From: Candidatus Hydrogenedentota bacterium
Lineage (GTDB): Bacteria > Hydrogenedentota > Hydrogenedentia > Hydrogenedentales > SLHB01
Direction of reading: 5' to 3'
Assembly: GCA_045863295.1 (NCBI GenBank)
Contig: BTWA01000020.1
Location: 42,122-106,121 of the forward strand
Length of the DNA: 64,000 nucleotides
The notes below the pieces were generated by a model. The model was not told where the DNA came from and made no database searches. It saw only the letters and a list, made by a program, of their open reading frames with translations. The position numbers were made by a program, and so were the translations under genes. This document shows positions 50,592 to 60,491 of this stretch, piece after piece; the first letter of the stretch is position 1, and each line of letters starts with the position of its first letter.

Positions 50592-51239
50592 CTATTTCGT
50601 GCGGCGAAGCACCACATGGGTGGCCTTCTCGGTCGCCGCGAACTCAACGCATTCGTATCCCAGCGTGCGAAGGTCAACCCCTTCGAACAACCGTTCGCCC
50701 CGGCTCAACAAGACAGGCGAGATCGCAATGTGCAATTCATCAATGAGCGATTCCCGAAGGTACTGCTGAATAACGTTCGGGCCGCCGCCAATACGGATGT
50801 CCTTCCCGTGGGCGGCCTCGCGCGCCCGGTCCAACGCCTCGTGAATGCCCCCGGTGACGAAATGAAACGTCGTATCGCCTTCCATCGGAATCGACGGCCG
50901 CGCATGATGGGTCAAAACAAAAACAGGCACATGATAAGGCGGATTAGCGCCCCACCACCCCTTCCAACTCAGATCGGGCCAGGGTCCGCGAATCGGCCCA
51001 AACATGTTCCGCCCAAGAATCCACGCACCGATGTTCTCGAATCCACGGGCGGCAAATTCGTCATCTACCCCGGTCGTGCCCTCACCCGCGCCATGCGCGC
51101 TCTGAAACGTCTTCGTCGGAATGAACCACCGGTGCAACTCTTCCCCGCCAACTCCAAGGCCGTGATCAACGTCCTGCCCCGGCCCGGCCCCATATCCATC
51201 CAGCGATATCGTGAAACTCTCAACGCGCACCTTGCTCAT
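50592..51239 (-). CDS. Dihydrofolate reductase/RibD C-terminal family protein
   Basis: SLDGYGAG, ILGRNMF, IGGG and LIDELH motifs. Confidence 0.88.
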   Translation of the reverse strand: MSKVRVESFTISLDGYGAGPGQDVDHGLGVGGEELHRWFIPTKTFQSAHGAGEGTTGVDDEFAARGFENIGAWILGRNMFGPIRGPWPDLSWKGWWGANPPYHVPVFVLTHHARPSIPMEGDTTFHFVTGGIHEALDRAREAAHGKDIRIGGGPNVIQQYLRESLIDELHIAISPVLLSRGERLFEGVDLRTLGYECVEFAATEKATHVVLRRTK

Positions 51240-51358
51240 CACCCGGCCTCCATGAACCCATAAGAATGCGTCATCGCACACACCGGCGACAACCAATAGA
51301 CGAACACCACGCCCCAAAATCGACACAACCCCTAAAGAACCCCCACATTCCCAACTCC

Positions 51359-51479
51359 CAATTCCCTCTCCGCGCCTCCGCGCCTCTGCGCGAGCCCCTC
51401 TTCCCCCTCTTCAAAGCTGTGTTCATCTGTGAAATCTGTGGACAAGCCTTTCGCCTTCCTACGTTCTCAACTTCCCACA
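51359..51479 (+). repeat. Partial copy of a pyrimidine-rich repeat module
   Basis: Aligns with about 53127-53245 (CTCCGCGCCTCTGCGCG, TCTGTGAAATCTGTGGACAAG). Confidence 0.8.
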
Positions 51480-51507
51480 TTCAAAACCTACAGCCTGCAG
51501 CGCAATA

Positions 51508-51668
51508 TGGACTGCGGTGGCAACGGCGAAAGCCATCGACACCGCTTTCACTCTCGAAGCCCAGACCCACCCCCCAACCAAACGCACCAACAAACCTCAC
51601 CACCCCATTTTCCAAAGAGCCAAAGCGCAGTTACGGCCCGCCCCGGCGGACTCTGCCGGCGCAGTCCA
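51508..51668. repeat. REPIN-like inverted repeat element
   Basis: TGGACTGCG (51508) and CGCAGTCCA (51660) ends, plus an internal CGCTTT/AAAGCG pair. Confidence 0.5.
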
Positions 51669-51822
51669 AATAAGCATCCGGCCAAGACAACCCTACACAC
51701 TCAACAACCAGACCACATCCGCGCAACGCCTAGCCAAAATCCAAATCTGCGCACATCGGCGAAATCTGCGGCTAAAGAATTCCGAACCCGCCCCTATTCC
51801 CAATTCTTCATTCCCAATTCCT

Positions 51823-52100
51823 TCTTCCCCCTCTTCAAATCTGTGTTCATCTGTGAAATCTGTGGACAAGTTGTTCGCCTTCCCACGTTCCCACGCTCCC
51901 GCACACCTCCTCGCATGATCACAAGTGCAACACACCTTTTCTGCATACCCAATCCCACACATCCTGCAATTCCATAATTTACCCTTGTTTTGTTTTTTCC
52001 CCAATGCAACAGCCGGGACAGATAAGTAAAGAGGAACACAGCCATGAAGCGTAAAGACCCGGTAATCGAACCCAACACAACCCTCGAAATTCTCGCCATC
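51823..52100 (+). repeat. 278-bp direct repeat, copy A
   Basis: Colinear with 53167-53444; contains the upstream region, RBS and first 19 codons of the 52044 gene. Confidence 0.92.
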
Positions 52101-53054
52101 GTGCCCGGTGTCACCGAGCCCATGCGCAAACATATTCAACGGACACGCGAAACACTCGAACCCGCCGATCCCGACGCCAACCGCCGCCTCACCCAACTCG
52201 GTACCCCCTGCTCCCCCGCGTGGGACGACGCGTGGATGGCCCAAGTCGACGCCCGCGAACAGACGATCGCCCGCCGCATCTGCGGCGCGCGCACCCCGTC
52301 TGGCCTACCCTGCGAATTCGAACCCAACCACGAAAACGGGCGCTGCCGGTTTCACGGCGGCTTCAAATTCACCGGCGCGCCAAAGGCCAACCGGAATGCG
52401 GTCGTCCATGGACTCCACACACGCCGTCTCATGACCTGCGGACCCCACTGCCCCGTCTGGCAATCCTGCCCGTGCGCGGGAAAGGACGTCGAAGACATGC
52501 CCCCGAAGAACCGACCCCTCTGTCCCTTCGAGCTGGCCGAGTACAATGCGTTCGTAACGGACGGCATGGCCCTCGTCGAACGACGCGGAGGCGCAAATCC
52601 GTTCGACAGGCACACCGTGCACACCCTCGCCATGCTCCAGGTCATAATGTCCCGCGCGACCGCGATGCTCGGACTATCCGGCCTCACCCCCGCTTCCGAA
52701 TCCGGCGATAAGCCCGGCGCCGCCGTGCAAACCCTCTTGAAACTCATGGCCGAATACCGCCGAGTCCGCGATCTGCTTCCGCCCGATGGATACAAGCCCA
52801 CCTCCCACAGCGCCGTGAACCATGTCCTGAGAATGGAAGTCGATACCAACCTCACGCCCGAAGCACAAGAAGCCCTAAGCCTGCCTCACGACCCCGAAAC
52901 CCCGCTGGTTGAAGCAAAGCTTGTCACAACCCCCGGACACTCGTTCATCCCAGGCTGGCAAAGCGTCATCGCCCTGCATGTACCCCCTAAAACCCCCCGC
53001 CGCAAAAAAGAAAACGTATTGATTCCGGATGACCCTCCGGAAGAAAACTCATAA
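52044..53054 (+). CDS. HGGxSTG-like Cys/His domain protein
   Basis: CGARTPSGLPC...NGRCRFHGGFKFTGAPKANRNAVVHG, plus a second Cys cluster CGPHCPVWQSCPC. Confidence 0.75.
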   Translation: MKRKDPVIEPNTTLEILAIVPGVTEPMRKHIQRTRETLEPADPDANRRLTQLGTPCSPAWDDAWMAQVDAREQTIARRICGARTPSGLPCEFEPNHENGRCRFHGGFKFTGAPKANRNAVVHGLHTRRLMTCGPHCPVWQSCPCAGKDVEDMPPKNRPLCPFELAEYNAFVTDGMALVERRGGANPFDRHTVHTLAMLQVIMSRATAMLGLSGLTPASESGDKPGAAVQTLLKLMAEYRRVRDLLPPDGYKPTSHSAVNHVLRMEVDTNLTPEAQEALSLPHDPETPLVEAKLVTTPGHSFIPGWQSVIALHVPPKTPRRKKENVLIPDDPPEENS

Positions 53055-53166
53055 CCAGGCAATAGCTAACCCATGCCTTGAGCCAAATGCGTTACCTACG
53101 TCCTGTTTGCACCCATTCTTCATTCTCAATTCCCTCTCTGCGCCTCCGCGCCTCTGCGCGAGACCC

Positions 53167-53444
53167 TCTTCCCCTTCTTCAAATCTGTGTTCATCGGTGA
53201 AATCTGTGGACAAGTCTTTCGCCTGCCCACGTTCCCACGTTCCCACACACCTCCTCGCAAGATTACAAGTGCAACACACCTTTTCTGCATATCCAATCCC
53301 ACACGTCCTGCAATTCCATAATTTACCCTTGTTTTGTTTTTTTCCCAATGCAACAGCCGGGACAGATAAGTAAAAAGGAACACAGCCATGAAGCGTAAAG
53401 CCCCGGAAATCGAGCCCAACACAACCCTCGAAATTCCCGCCATC
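53167..53444 (+). repeat. 278-bp direct repeat, copy B
   Basis: Colinear with 51823-52100, with scattered substitutions. Confidence 0.92.
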
Positions 53445-53462
53445 CCGCCGATCCCGACGCCA
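53388..53462 (+). pseudogene. Truncated 5' duplicate of the 52044 gene
   Basis: MKRKAPEIEPNTTLEI versus MKRKDPVIEPNTTLEI; then skips about 60 bp to CCGCCGATCCCGACGCCA (52162-52179), after which homology ends. Confidence 0.75.
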
Positions 53463-53515
53463 GCACACGCCACAAGAAGCAGGCGCAACATGCCCAACAT
53501 CATAAGTTCATTATG

Positions 53516-53547
53516 TGTTGACAACAACTATTGTTTCATGATATACT
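53516..53547 (+). promoter_or_regulatory. Sigma-70-like promoter overlapped by a putative MarR operator
   Basis: TTGACA-N18-TATACT; the palindrome TGTTGACAACA covers the -35. Confidence 0.65.
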
Positions 53548-53572
53548 CATCCCATCAAGCAAAGGACCAACC

Positions 53573-54046
53573 ATGACTCCGTCCCGGCTTCAAAATGAGA
53601 TACGCCAATCCAAACCGATGCCGTTGGAGGTGGAAGTACACCTCAATCTCAAACGAACGGAAGCCCTGTTGTCATGGGCGTCGGAAGCCCTCTTCCGAGA
53701 ACACGGCCTCACCGATGTAACCTACAACATACTGCGCATCCTGCGCGGAGCCGGTGCGGACGGACTCCCCTGTGGGGAAATCGGCAAACGTATGCTCACG
53801 CGCGTGCCGGACGTCACCCGCCTGGTGGACAGGCTGGTCAAAATGGACTTGGTCGAACGCTATCGAACGGACGAGGACCGGCGCCTCGTGTTTCAAGTGC
53901 TCACGCCCAAGGGAAAACAACTCCTGGCCAAGCTCGACGACAAGGTCGAGAGCATTCCCCGAGAACAGGTTGCGCACATGACCAAGACCGAATTGAAGAC
54001 CTTGAACAGCCTGCTCGTAAAAGCCCGCGAACGCGTCAACCCATAA
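53573..54046 (+). CDS. MarR family transcriptional regulator
   Basis: YNILRILRG, PDVTRLVDRL and DRR..LTPKG motifs. Confidence 0.92.
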   Translation: MTPSRLQNEIRQSKPMPLEVEVHLNLKRTEALLSWASEALFREHGLTDVTYNILRILRGAGADGLPCGEIGKRMLTRVPDVTRLVDRLVKMDLVERYRTDEDRRLVFQVLTPKGKQLLAKLDDKVESIPREQVAHMTKTELKTLNSLLVKARERVNP

Positions 54047-54070
54047 CCGGAATTTTTTGAACCCATTTAC

Positions 54071-54083
54071 TTGTTTACAACAA
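54071..54083. promoter_or_regulatory. Second putative MarR operator
   Basis: TTGTT-TAC-AACAA palindrome resembling the site upstream of marR. Confidence 0.6.
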
Positions 54084-54144
54084 ATATAGGAATAAACAAG
54101 CACATGCGCGCCCGGTCCACGGGAGCACGGAAGGAAAACACCCC

Positions 54145-54771
54145 ATGAACTTCTCTGAACTCGCCCAAAACCGGCGAAGCGTCAAGCTCTACGAAGAATC
54201 GGTATCCATTTCCGACGCCGAACTTCACGCCCTGTTTGAAGACGTCGTCCTTAGCCCAAGCTCGTTCAACTTGCAGCATTGGATGTTTGTCGTCGTGCGT
54301 GACAGCGCGCTGCGCGCCCAGTTGCGTAAAGCAGCGTGGGATCAACCGCAGGTTACCGGCGCATCCGCCGCCATCCTGGTTGCCGGCAAACTGGACGCCT
54401 ATAAGGACGCGCCGCGAATCTATGCATCGGCCCCGCAGTCCGTGCAGGAGTACGTTGTGCCCGCGGTAAACCAGTTCTACGACGGCAAACCACAGTTGCA
54501 ACGGGACGAAGCCATCCGGGGCGCGAGCCTTGCCGCCATGAGTCTCATGTTCGCGGCAAAAGCCCGCGGCTTCGACACCGGACCCATGATCGGGTTTGAC
54601 CCGGATGCGGTATCGAGCCTGTTGAAACTGCCTGCCTATTACATCCCCGTGATGTTGATCGTGATTGGCAAAGCAGCCGGCGAATCCCGGCCCCGGGATT
54701 ACCGGCGGCCGTTGGACGAAGTGGTAAAGCTGGAGACCTTTGACGGCTCTGGCTTGAGCATCCCCCGGTAG
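54145..54771 (+). CDS. Nitroreductase family protein
   Basis: RRSVK, SPSSFNLQHW and GPMIGFD motifs. Confidence 0.92.
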   Translation: MNFSELAQNRRSVKLYEESVSISDAELHALFEDVVLSPSSFNLQHWMFVVVRDSALRAQLRKAAWDQPQVTGASAAILVAGKLDAYKDAPRIYASAPQSVQEYVVPAVNQFYDGKPQLQRDEAIRGASLAAMSLMFAAKARGFDTGPMIGFDPDAVSSLLKLPAYYIPVMLIVIGKAAGESRPRDYRRPLDEVVKLETFDGSGLSIPR

Positions 54772-54813
54772 TCCGAATTGCATTCGGTCCAAGGACCGTG
54801 AAAGGAGCCCCCT

Positions 54814-55509
54814 ATGATTACGATTCGCAAAAGTCAGGATCGCGGCCGCACGCAATGGGAATGGCTGGACAGCAAGCACACGTTCTCCTTTGGCGAGTAC
54901 CACGATCCCAACCACATGGGCTATCGCAGCCTTCGCGTGATCAACGACGACATCATCGGACCCGGTGGCGGCTTCGGCGAACACCCGCACCGCGACATGG
55001 AAATCATCTCGTATGTGTCCGAAGGAGCATTGAAACACAGGGACAGCATGGGACACGAATCGGTGATGAAGCCGGGAATGATTCAGGTCATGTCCGCGGG
55101 CTCCGGTCTAACCCACAGCGAGTTCAACGCCTCTAAAACGGATCCGGTTCATTTGATACAGATCTGGATCACGCCAAGCGCGCGCAAGTTGGAACCCCGC
55201 TACGAAGAACGGGATTTCAGCGCGAAATTGAAGAGTGCCTTGTACGAGGTGGCCGGGCCGGCCGGCGGCAATGGCTCGATCGCCATTAACCAGGACGCCC
55301 ACGTACTCGCGGGCCATCTGCAATCCGGCGAGTCGGTAACCCACACGATCACCGAAGGCCGCCACGCATATGTGCACCTCGTGAAAGGCCACGTGTCTGT
55401 GAACGGCAACGATCTCGACGGCGGCGACGGCGCCATGATCAGCGAAGAGGCGGAGGTGGTGATCACCGCGGCGCAACAGGCCGAAGTGCTGGTCTTCGAT
55501 TTGGCATAA
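54814..55509 (+). CDS. Pirin family protein (YhhW-like)
   Basis: HTFSFG, LRVINDD, HPHRDMEI, HSEFN and QIWI motifs. Confidence 0.93.
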   Translation: MITIRKSQDRGRTQWEWLDSKHTFSFGEYHDPNHMGYRSLRVINDDIIGPGGGFGEHPHRDMEIISYVSEGALKHRDSMGHESVMKPGMIQVMSAGSGLTHSEFNASKTDPVHLIQIWITPSARKLEPRYEERDFSAKLKSALYEVAGPAGGNGSIAINQDAHVLAGHLQSGESVTHTITEGRHAYVHLVKGHVSVNGNDLDGGDGAMISEEAEVVITAAQQAEVLVFDLA

Positions 55510-55748
55510 CCGCACGTTCCCGGGGTCCGGTCCCTTGGCGGGATCGGGCCCCGGAAGTTTCGTCATCCGGGCAACCGATGCGGGCCGTAACGTCGGTCTC
55601 CGTTTCTTGACAGGCCGCATCAAGTTCCCGCACTATCCTTTCCGCTGCAACGGGCACACATTCGTAGGGAGCAACACAGGCTGGGCACGTCGCGCCGGCG
55701 GTATCGGGGCGCAGCCAGGGCCATTACTGTGGGAAGGGCGCGGGCGCC

Positions 55749-57137
55749 ATGGACAATGTCGGAGTACTGCTTGGGCTGGCCTTGTTGATCGCGCTGGCCT
55801 TGCGCGGCGTAAACGTCATGATCGCGTCGCTTCTCGCCGCGCTGGTGGTGGCCGCGACAAACGGCCTCTCCATCCCCGAGGCCCTCACGGTCCACTACAC
55901 CTCCGGTCCCCTGGGCGCGTTCACCTTTGCCGGGCGTTTCTTTCTGCTGTTTCTTACCGGCGCGGTATTCGGCCGGGTCATGGGCGAAACCCATTCCGCG
56001 CAATCCATCGCAATGGCGCTGGCAAGGTCGCTGGGCGCGGAGCGCACGTTGTTGATCGGCATGATCGCGTGCGCGGTGCTCACGTACTGCGGTGTGAATG
56101 TCTTCATCGTCATATTCACTGTCTATCCGCTGGGGCTCGGTTTGATGCGCCAGGCCAACATGCCCAAACGCCTGTTCAACGGCGCGTGCAGCCTCGGCGC
56201 AGGGACCTTCACGATGACCGCCCTCCCCTTTTCGCCGTCCATCCACAACGTCATCGCGGCCACCAACCTCAAGACAGGTCTGGATGCCGCGCCCTTTATC
56301 GGAATCGTCGCAGCCGTGCTCATGATCGGCATGGGGATGACCTATCTGCAGTGGGAATGGAAGCGCGCGAAAGAACGCGGCGAAGGATTTCATGCGTCGC
56401 CGACGGATGTGTTGCCGGATGACAAGCAGGACACCCACAACCTGCCGCACTGGCTGCTGGCATCCGTCCCGCTGGCCGTGGTGGTCTTGTTGATCGTTAT
56501 GCCGAATGCGTTGGGCGCGTTTTTCAAAGCCCCGGGCGAAGGCGATCCGGCGCCCACCGGTCTTGCCGCCGTGGTGCTGTTTGCGAAAAGCCAGCCGCTG
56601 TTATGGCCCAGCATCGCACTGACGATTGGAACTCTCGTGGCATTGGCGCTTCATTTCAAGACGCTGGCAAAACCGCTTGGCACGCTGAGCCGGGGCGCGG
56701 AGAATTCAATTATGCCGCTGATCAACACGGCGGCCGTGATTGGATTCGGCGGTGTGGTGGAAAAAACGGAAGGGTTCAAGCAATTCGCAAACATGATTGT
56801 GAACCTGGACATTCACCCGCTGTTGTCCGCATTCCTGTCCGTCAACGTCGTGGCCGGCATTGTGGGCTCGTCTTCGGGCGGACTCGGCATATTCATGCAG
56901 GCGCTTGCGCCGCAGTATCTCGCCACTGGCGTGGATCCGGCCCTGCTGCATCGCATCGTGACGCTGGGTAGCGGCGGACTCGATTCCCTGCCCCATTGCG
57001 GCGCGGTGATTACGACGCTCACAATCATGGGCCTGACGCACAAAGACGCATACAAAGATGTGTTTGTCATTACGGTCATCGTGCCGATTGTCGCCACGCT
57101 GGCCGTGCTGGCGCTCGCGATTGCCATGGGCGGTTGA
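55749..57137 (+). CDS. GntP family permease
   Basis: Many TM helices; GTFTMTALP and LDSLPHCGA motifs. Confidence 0.85.
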   Translation: MDNVGVLLGLALLIALALRGVNVMIASLLAALVVAATNGLSIPEALTVHYTSGPLGAFTFAGRFFLLFLTGAVFGRVMGETHSAQSIAMALARSLGAERTLLIGMIACAVLTYCGVNVFIVIFTVYPLGLGLMRQANMPKRLFNGACSLGAGTFTMTALPFSPSIHNVIAATNLKTGLDAAPFIGIVAAVLMIGMGMTYLQWEWKRAKERGEGFHASPTDVLPDDKQDTHNLPHWLLASVPLAVVVLLIVMPNALGAFFKAPGEGDPAPTGLAAVVLFAKSQPLLWPSIALTIGTLVALALHFKTLAKPLGTLSRGAENSIMPLINTAAVIGFGGVVEKTEGFKQFANMIVNLDIHPLLSAFLSVNVVAGIVGSSSGGLGIFMQALAPQYLATGVDPALLHRIVTLGSGGLDSLPHCGAVITTLTIMGLTHKDAYKDVFVITVIVPIVATLAVLALAIAMGG

Positions 57138-57138
57138 T

Positions 57139-58251
57139 TCAGATGCGCCGCTCAAACAACGGTTTGGGCCGCTCGATTTCCTTCTGGTCCACGGTTTCCA
57201 TCAGCGTAGGACGCAGCAACACATGCACGGGGCCGTCCTTCTCGCCGTAAAACCATTTGGCCAATTCTTCCAGCCCCATGACGGTGGCTTCCCATACAGG
57301 CAGCCACACATGGGCCTTGGCTTCGGCCAACACCGTCGCATTGTACGTGTAGGTCCATGAGACCACGTCGACGTCTTTTCCAAGCGTCCTTCCGGCGCGA
57401 TGGGAACCTTCCCGCAAGCTGGATCCATCTTCCGCGCCGCTCGAATCCACCATCGCGGTCACGGATCGATCCAGCAAGAGCCGGTGCGACGCGTTGACCA
57501 GTTCGCGAGCATCCAGTCCGACTGAGGCGGCGAGGGCTGGGTCCGGCGATATGCCGGCGTCTTCATGGGCTCGGAGGTAACCCCGTTGCCGCTCCAGAGC
57601 AGGGTAGTACCCTTTCATTCCAGCGAGCAACGCAACCCGCTTGTGCCCGAGATCGAGCAGGCAACGGGTTGAAATATAGGCGGCTTCCTCAAAATCCACA
57701 ATGGCGCAACTCAGATTCGCGACGCGATCGGAACGGCCCATCACGAGGTACGGGCGGCCCGATTGATGCACCGGCTCGATGAGCGTGTCATCCTGCGCCA
57801 GAGGACCTACCACAACAATGCCGCCGCAACGCTGTTCCCAAAGGCCTCGGCCGTAATTTCCCTGGAGCGATTCGGCGAAGGGATTGAGATCGAAATTCAC
57901 ATAGGTGCCGCGCGAACCAAAGATACGGTACATCTCGGTGAACAACTGCAGGAAGAAGAGGTGATTAATGGGCACATGTTCCACCGGAGCCGATACGTTC
58001 ACTCCCATGCAATCCCGGGACTGCGTGCGCATGCTGCGCGCGCCGGTATGCGGAAAGTATCCGGTTTCTCGAATCACCTGCATGACTTTGCCGCGCGTGG
58101 ATTCGCTGACGCCCGATTCCCCGTTCACGACCCGGCTGACGGTTTTGATGGACACGCCCGCGTTTCGTGCGATGTCGATCATGGTGGTACCACCCGGTTC
58201 GACGGTGGATTTTCGATTCGCGCCAGTCGCCTTGCCGCGCGTGTTTCCCAT
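57139..58251 (-). CDS. LacI family transcriptional regulator
   Basis: TMIDIARNAGVSIKTVSRVVN helix-turn-helix; start uncertain. Confidence 0.92.
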   Translation of the reverse strand: MGNTRGKATGANRKSTVEPGGTTMIDIARNAGVSIKTVSRVVNGESGVSESTRGKVMQVIRETGYFPHTGARSMRTQSRDCMGVNVSAPVEHVPINHLFFLQLFTEMYRIFGSRGTYVNFDLNPFAESLQGNYGRGLWEQRCGGIVVVGPLAQDDTLIEPVHQSGRPYLVMGRSDRVANLSCAIVDFEEAAYISTRCLLDLGHKRVALLAGMKGYYPALERQRGYLRAHEDAGISPDPALAASVGLDARELVNASHRLLLDRSVTAMVDSSGAEDGSSLREGSHRAGRTLGKDVDVVSWTYTYNATVLAEAKAHVWLPVWEATVMGLEELAKWFYGEKDGPVHVLLRPTLMETVDQKEIERPKPLFERRI

Positions 58252-58428
58252 ACCCGTACCCCGTTGGTTGACCGAACGATCGGCCGTCATCGTGCGGTTC
58301 ATCCGCAGCCGCCCGGGCGGAAACTCTCTTGACGCGGCGACGCGGCGAAACCTCAGCGGTTGACCTGGACCGACCCTGCTCCCTGACCCTTCGGGCAGTG
58401 TATCAATTCCCGGAGGGATTTGCCATTA

Positions 58429-58440
58429 GATAACGTTGTC
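58429..58440. promoter_or_regulatory. Putative LacI-family operator 1
   Basis: GATAACGTTGTC, one mismatch from the palindrome at 58572. Confidence 0.6.
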
Positions 58441-58569
58441 ATAACTGAAATCAAACCGGAAACTGACAAAATGATAGCGAAAACTGCATGAATATGGGGG
58501 GGTCAGCGATTTGTCTTGCCCTGGGAGGAGAAATCCGGAGATGATCTTTTTGGCCGGTGAGACGCACAC

Positions 58570-58598
58570 TTGACAACGTTGTCTAATTGCGTTAGACT
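58570..58598 (+). promoter_or_regulatory. Sigma-70-like promoter with overlapping LacI-family operator 2
   Basis: TTGACA-N17-TAGACT; perfect palindrome GACAACGTTGTC at 58572-58583 with a central CG. Confidence 0.7.
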
Positions 58599-58680
58599 GA
58601 AGCCGGTTCAGAACGTGCCAAACAGCATCCGTCTGCCACTGACACACACCAAACACGACGCGACGGATACTGAGCAAATA

Positions 58681-58729
58681 GGCCCCCATCCCTTCGAACC
58701 GCGTTTCGGGATGGGGGCCACTTCTTTTT
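58681..58729 (+). terminator. Intrinsic terminator-like hairpin
   Basis: GGCCCCCATCCC/GGGATGGGGGCC 12-bp stem followed by ACTTCTTTTT. Confidence 0.75.
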
Positions 58730-58909
58730 CATCGGGCAACGTTTCTGTCTCGACCCTGAGTTCTTCCGCTGTACATGGAAACGGACTCCCCGTTATGCTT
58801 TACGCTTTCGGCGGGTCCGGATTCTCCACAGTTGGAATGGATGCCTATAATCCCGCAGAATCTTTCGGTCTTCAGCATTGGCGATGCAAGGCGAATTGAG
58901 AGGCGACTC

Positions 58910-59398
58910 ATGGAGTCAGGCATGCAGCTCCCCGAGGAACTGGACGAAATCCTCGTTCCCATTTTCGAAGCGTTGCCGCCGGAACAGGCCTTGGGTGAAC
59001 TTGTAGTGCGGAAGGGCCCCGATGAGGCCCTTGTGCGTATGGTTGAGCATGTGACTTCGGCCCCAATGCTACGGCGTTCTCCGCGGCTTCTTTCCGGCAT
59101 CTGGTTGTATATCGACGATTTGGAGCGGAGCCATGTGATCAGCCAGGGAATGACCGACGCCACAGGGGCGTTCTGGCATGGCATCATGCACCGTCGCGAG
59201 GGCGACTTTGGCAACAGTCATTACTGGTTCAAGCGCGTCGGTCATCATCCTGTGACGTTGCTGATACCCGATTACGACGGTCACGCGTTTATCGACGACG
59301 TCCACCGTCTGCATATGGAGAATCCGGCGGATTTGGTGCAACGGCAGCGTCTGGAATGGCAGACGCTGTTCGAATGGTGTTCGAGCCACAGCGCGTAG
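58910..59398 (+). CDS. Hypothetical protein
   Basis: WLYIDDLERSHVISQ...FWHGIMHRREGDFGNSHYW; start uncertain. Confidence 0.75.
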   Translation: MESGMQLPEELDEILVPIFEALPPEQALGELVVRKGPDEALVRMVEHVTSAPMLRRSPRLLSGIWLYIDDLERSHVISQGMTDATGAFWHGIMHRREGDFGNSHYWFKRVGHHPVTLLIPDYDGHAFIDDVHRLHMENPADLVQRQRLEWQTLFEWCSSHSA

Positions 59399-59448
59399 AA
59401 GAAAACCGGCAGAGGGGCCGGGCATCCGGTCACAGGAGTTATGGACAG

Positions 59449-60441
59449 ATGCACGAACCGATACGCTGGGGTATTTTGGGAACGGGAGCCATCGCGAAGC
59501 AATTCGCGCGCGCTATCCCGCACACTCCCGGCGCGCAGTTGCTGGCGGTCGCATCGCGTTCCCAAGAGGGTGCGGATGCATTTGGCAAGGAATTCGATGT
59601 GCCGCGCCGCTATGCACGCTACGAAGATTTGGTGGCGGATCCTGAAGTGGACGTCGTGTATGTCGCATCGCCGCATTCGGAGCACAAGGCCAATTCCATA
59701 CTTGCGCTCCAATCGGGAAAGCATGTGCTGTGCGAGAAGCCCTTTTGCATCAATGCGGACGAAACGCGCGAGGTGGTTGCGGTTGCGCAAAGGCAAAAGC
59801 GTTTTCTCATGGAAGCCATGTGGACACGCTATTTTCCCGCCATGGAGCGGGTTCGGGCGCTGATTGCCGAAGGGGATATCGGCGAGCCCAGGCTGCTCAG
59901 CGCGGATTTCGGCTTTAAGTCTGACTTCGATCCCACCAGCCGGTTGTTCGATCCGAATTTTGGCGGCGGTTCGCTCTTGGATGTGGGCGTATATCCAATT
60001 TCCCTGGCATTCATGATTTTTGGACGGCCGGCCATCAATGTGGGTGTCGCGCACCTTGGTAGTGCGGGTACCGATGAACAGGCCGGAATGATCTTGGGGT
60101 ACGAAAAGGGCGAGTTGGCCGTATTGCATTCCGCGATACGCGTCGAGACCCCTCAGGAAGCGATCATCAACGGGACCGCGGGCCGAATTCGCATCCATTC
60201 ACCGTGGTGGTGTCCTTCCACGATCACGGTGCATCGGGAGGGATCGGAGATCGAGGCGATTTCGCTTCCATACGAGGGCAATGGTTATCAGTATGAGGCA
60301 ATCGAGGTGGGCCGATGCCTGCGGGAAGGGCTGCTGGAAAGCGCGCTTATGCCGCTGAACGAATCCATTGCGATCATGGAGTGCATGGATTCGTTGCGCC
60401 GTCAGTGGGGACTGCGCTATCCCATGGAACGCCACCGCTGA
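59449..60441 (+). CDS. Gfo/Idh/MocA oxidoreductase
   Basis: [19 protein letters not shown] and LDVGVY motifs. Confidence 0.93.
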   Translation: MHEPIRWGILGTGAIAKQFARAIPHTPGAQLLAVASRSQEGADAFGKEFDVPRRYARYEDLVADPEVDVVYVASPHSEHKANSILALQSGKHVLCEKPFCINADETREVVAVAQRQKRFLMEAMWTRYFPAMERVRALIAEGDIGEPRLLSADFGFKSDFDPTSRLFDPNFGGGSLLDVGVYPISLAFMIFGRPAINVGVAHLGSAGTDEQAGMILGYEKGELAVLHSAIRVETPQEAIINGTAGRIRIHSPWWCPSTITVHREGSEIEAISLPYEGNGYQYEAIEVGRCLREGLLESALMPLNESIAIMECMDSLRRQWGLRYPMERHR

Positions 60442-60491
60442 GCCATGCCCATCTGCATTTCACCAACCCGTCGCAACATCAGGAGTCTGCC

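Noticed and set aside
51823..53444. Direct repeats as a diversity-generating retroelement TR/VR pair
   Set aside because: Differences are not adenine-specific, the repeat covers the 5' end of the gene and no reverse transcriptase is present
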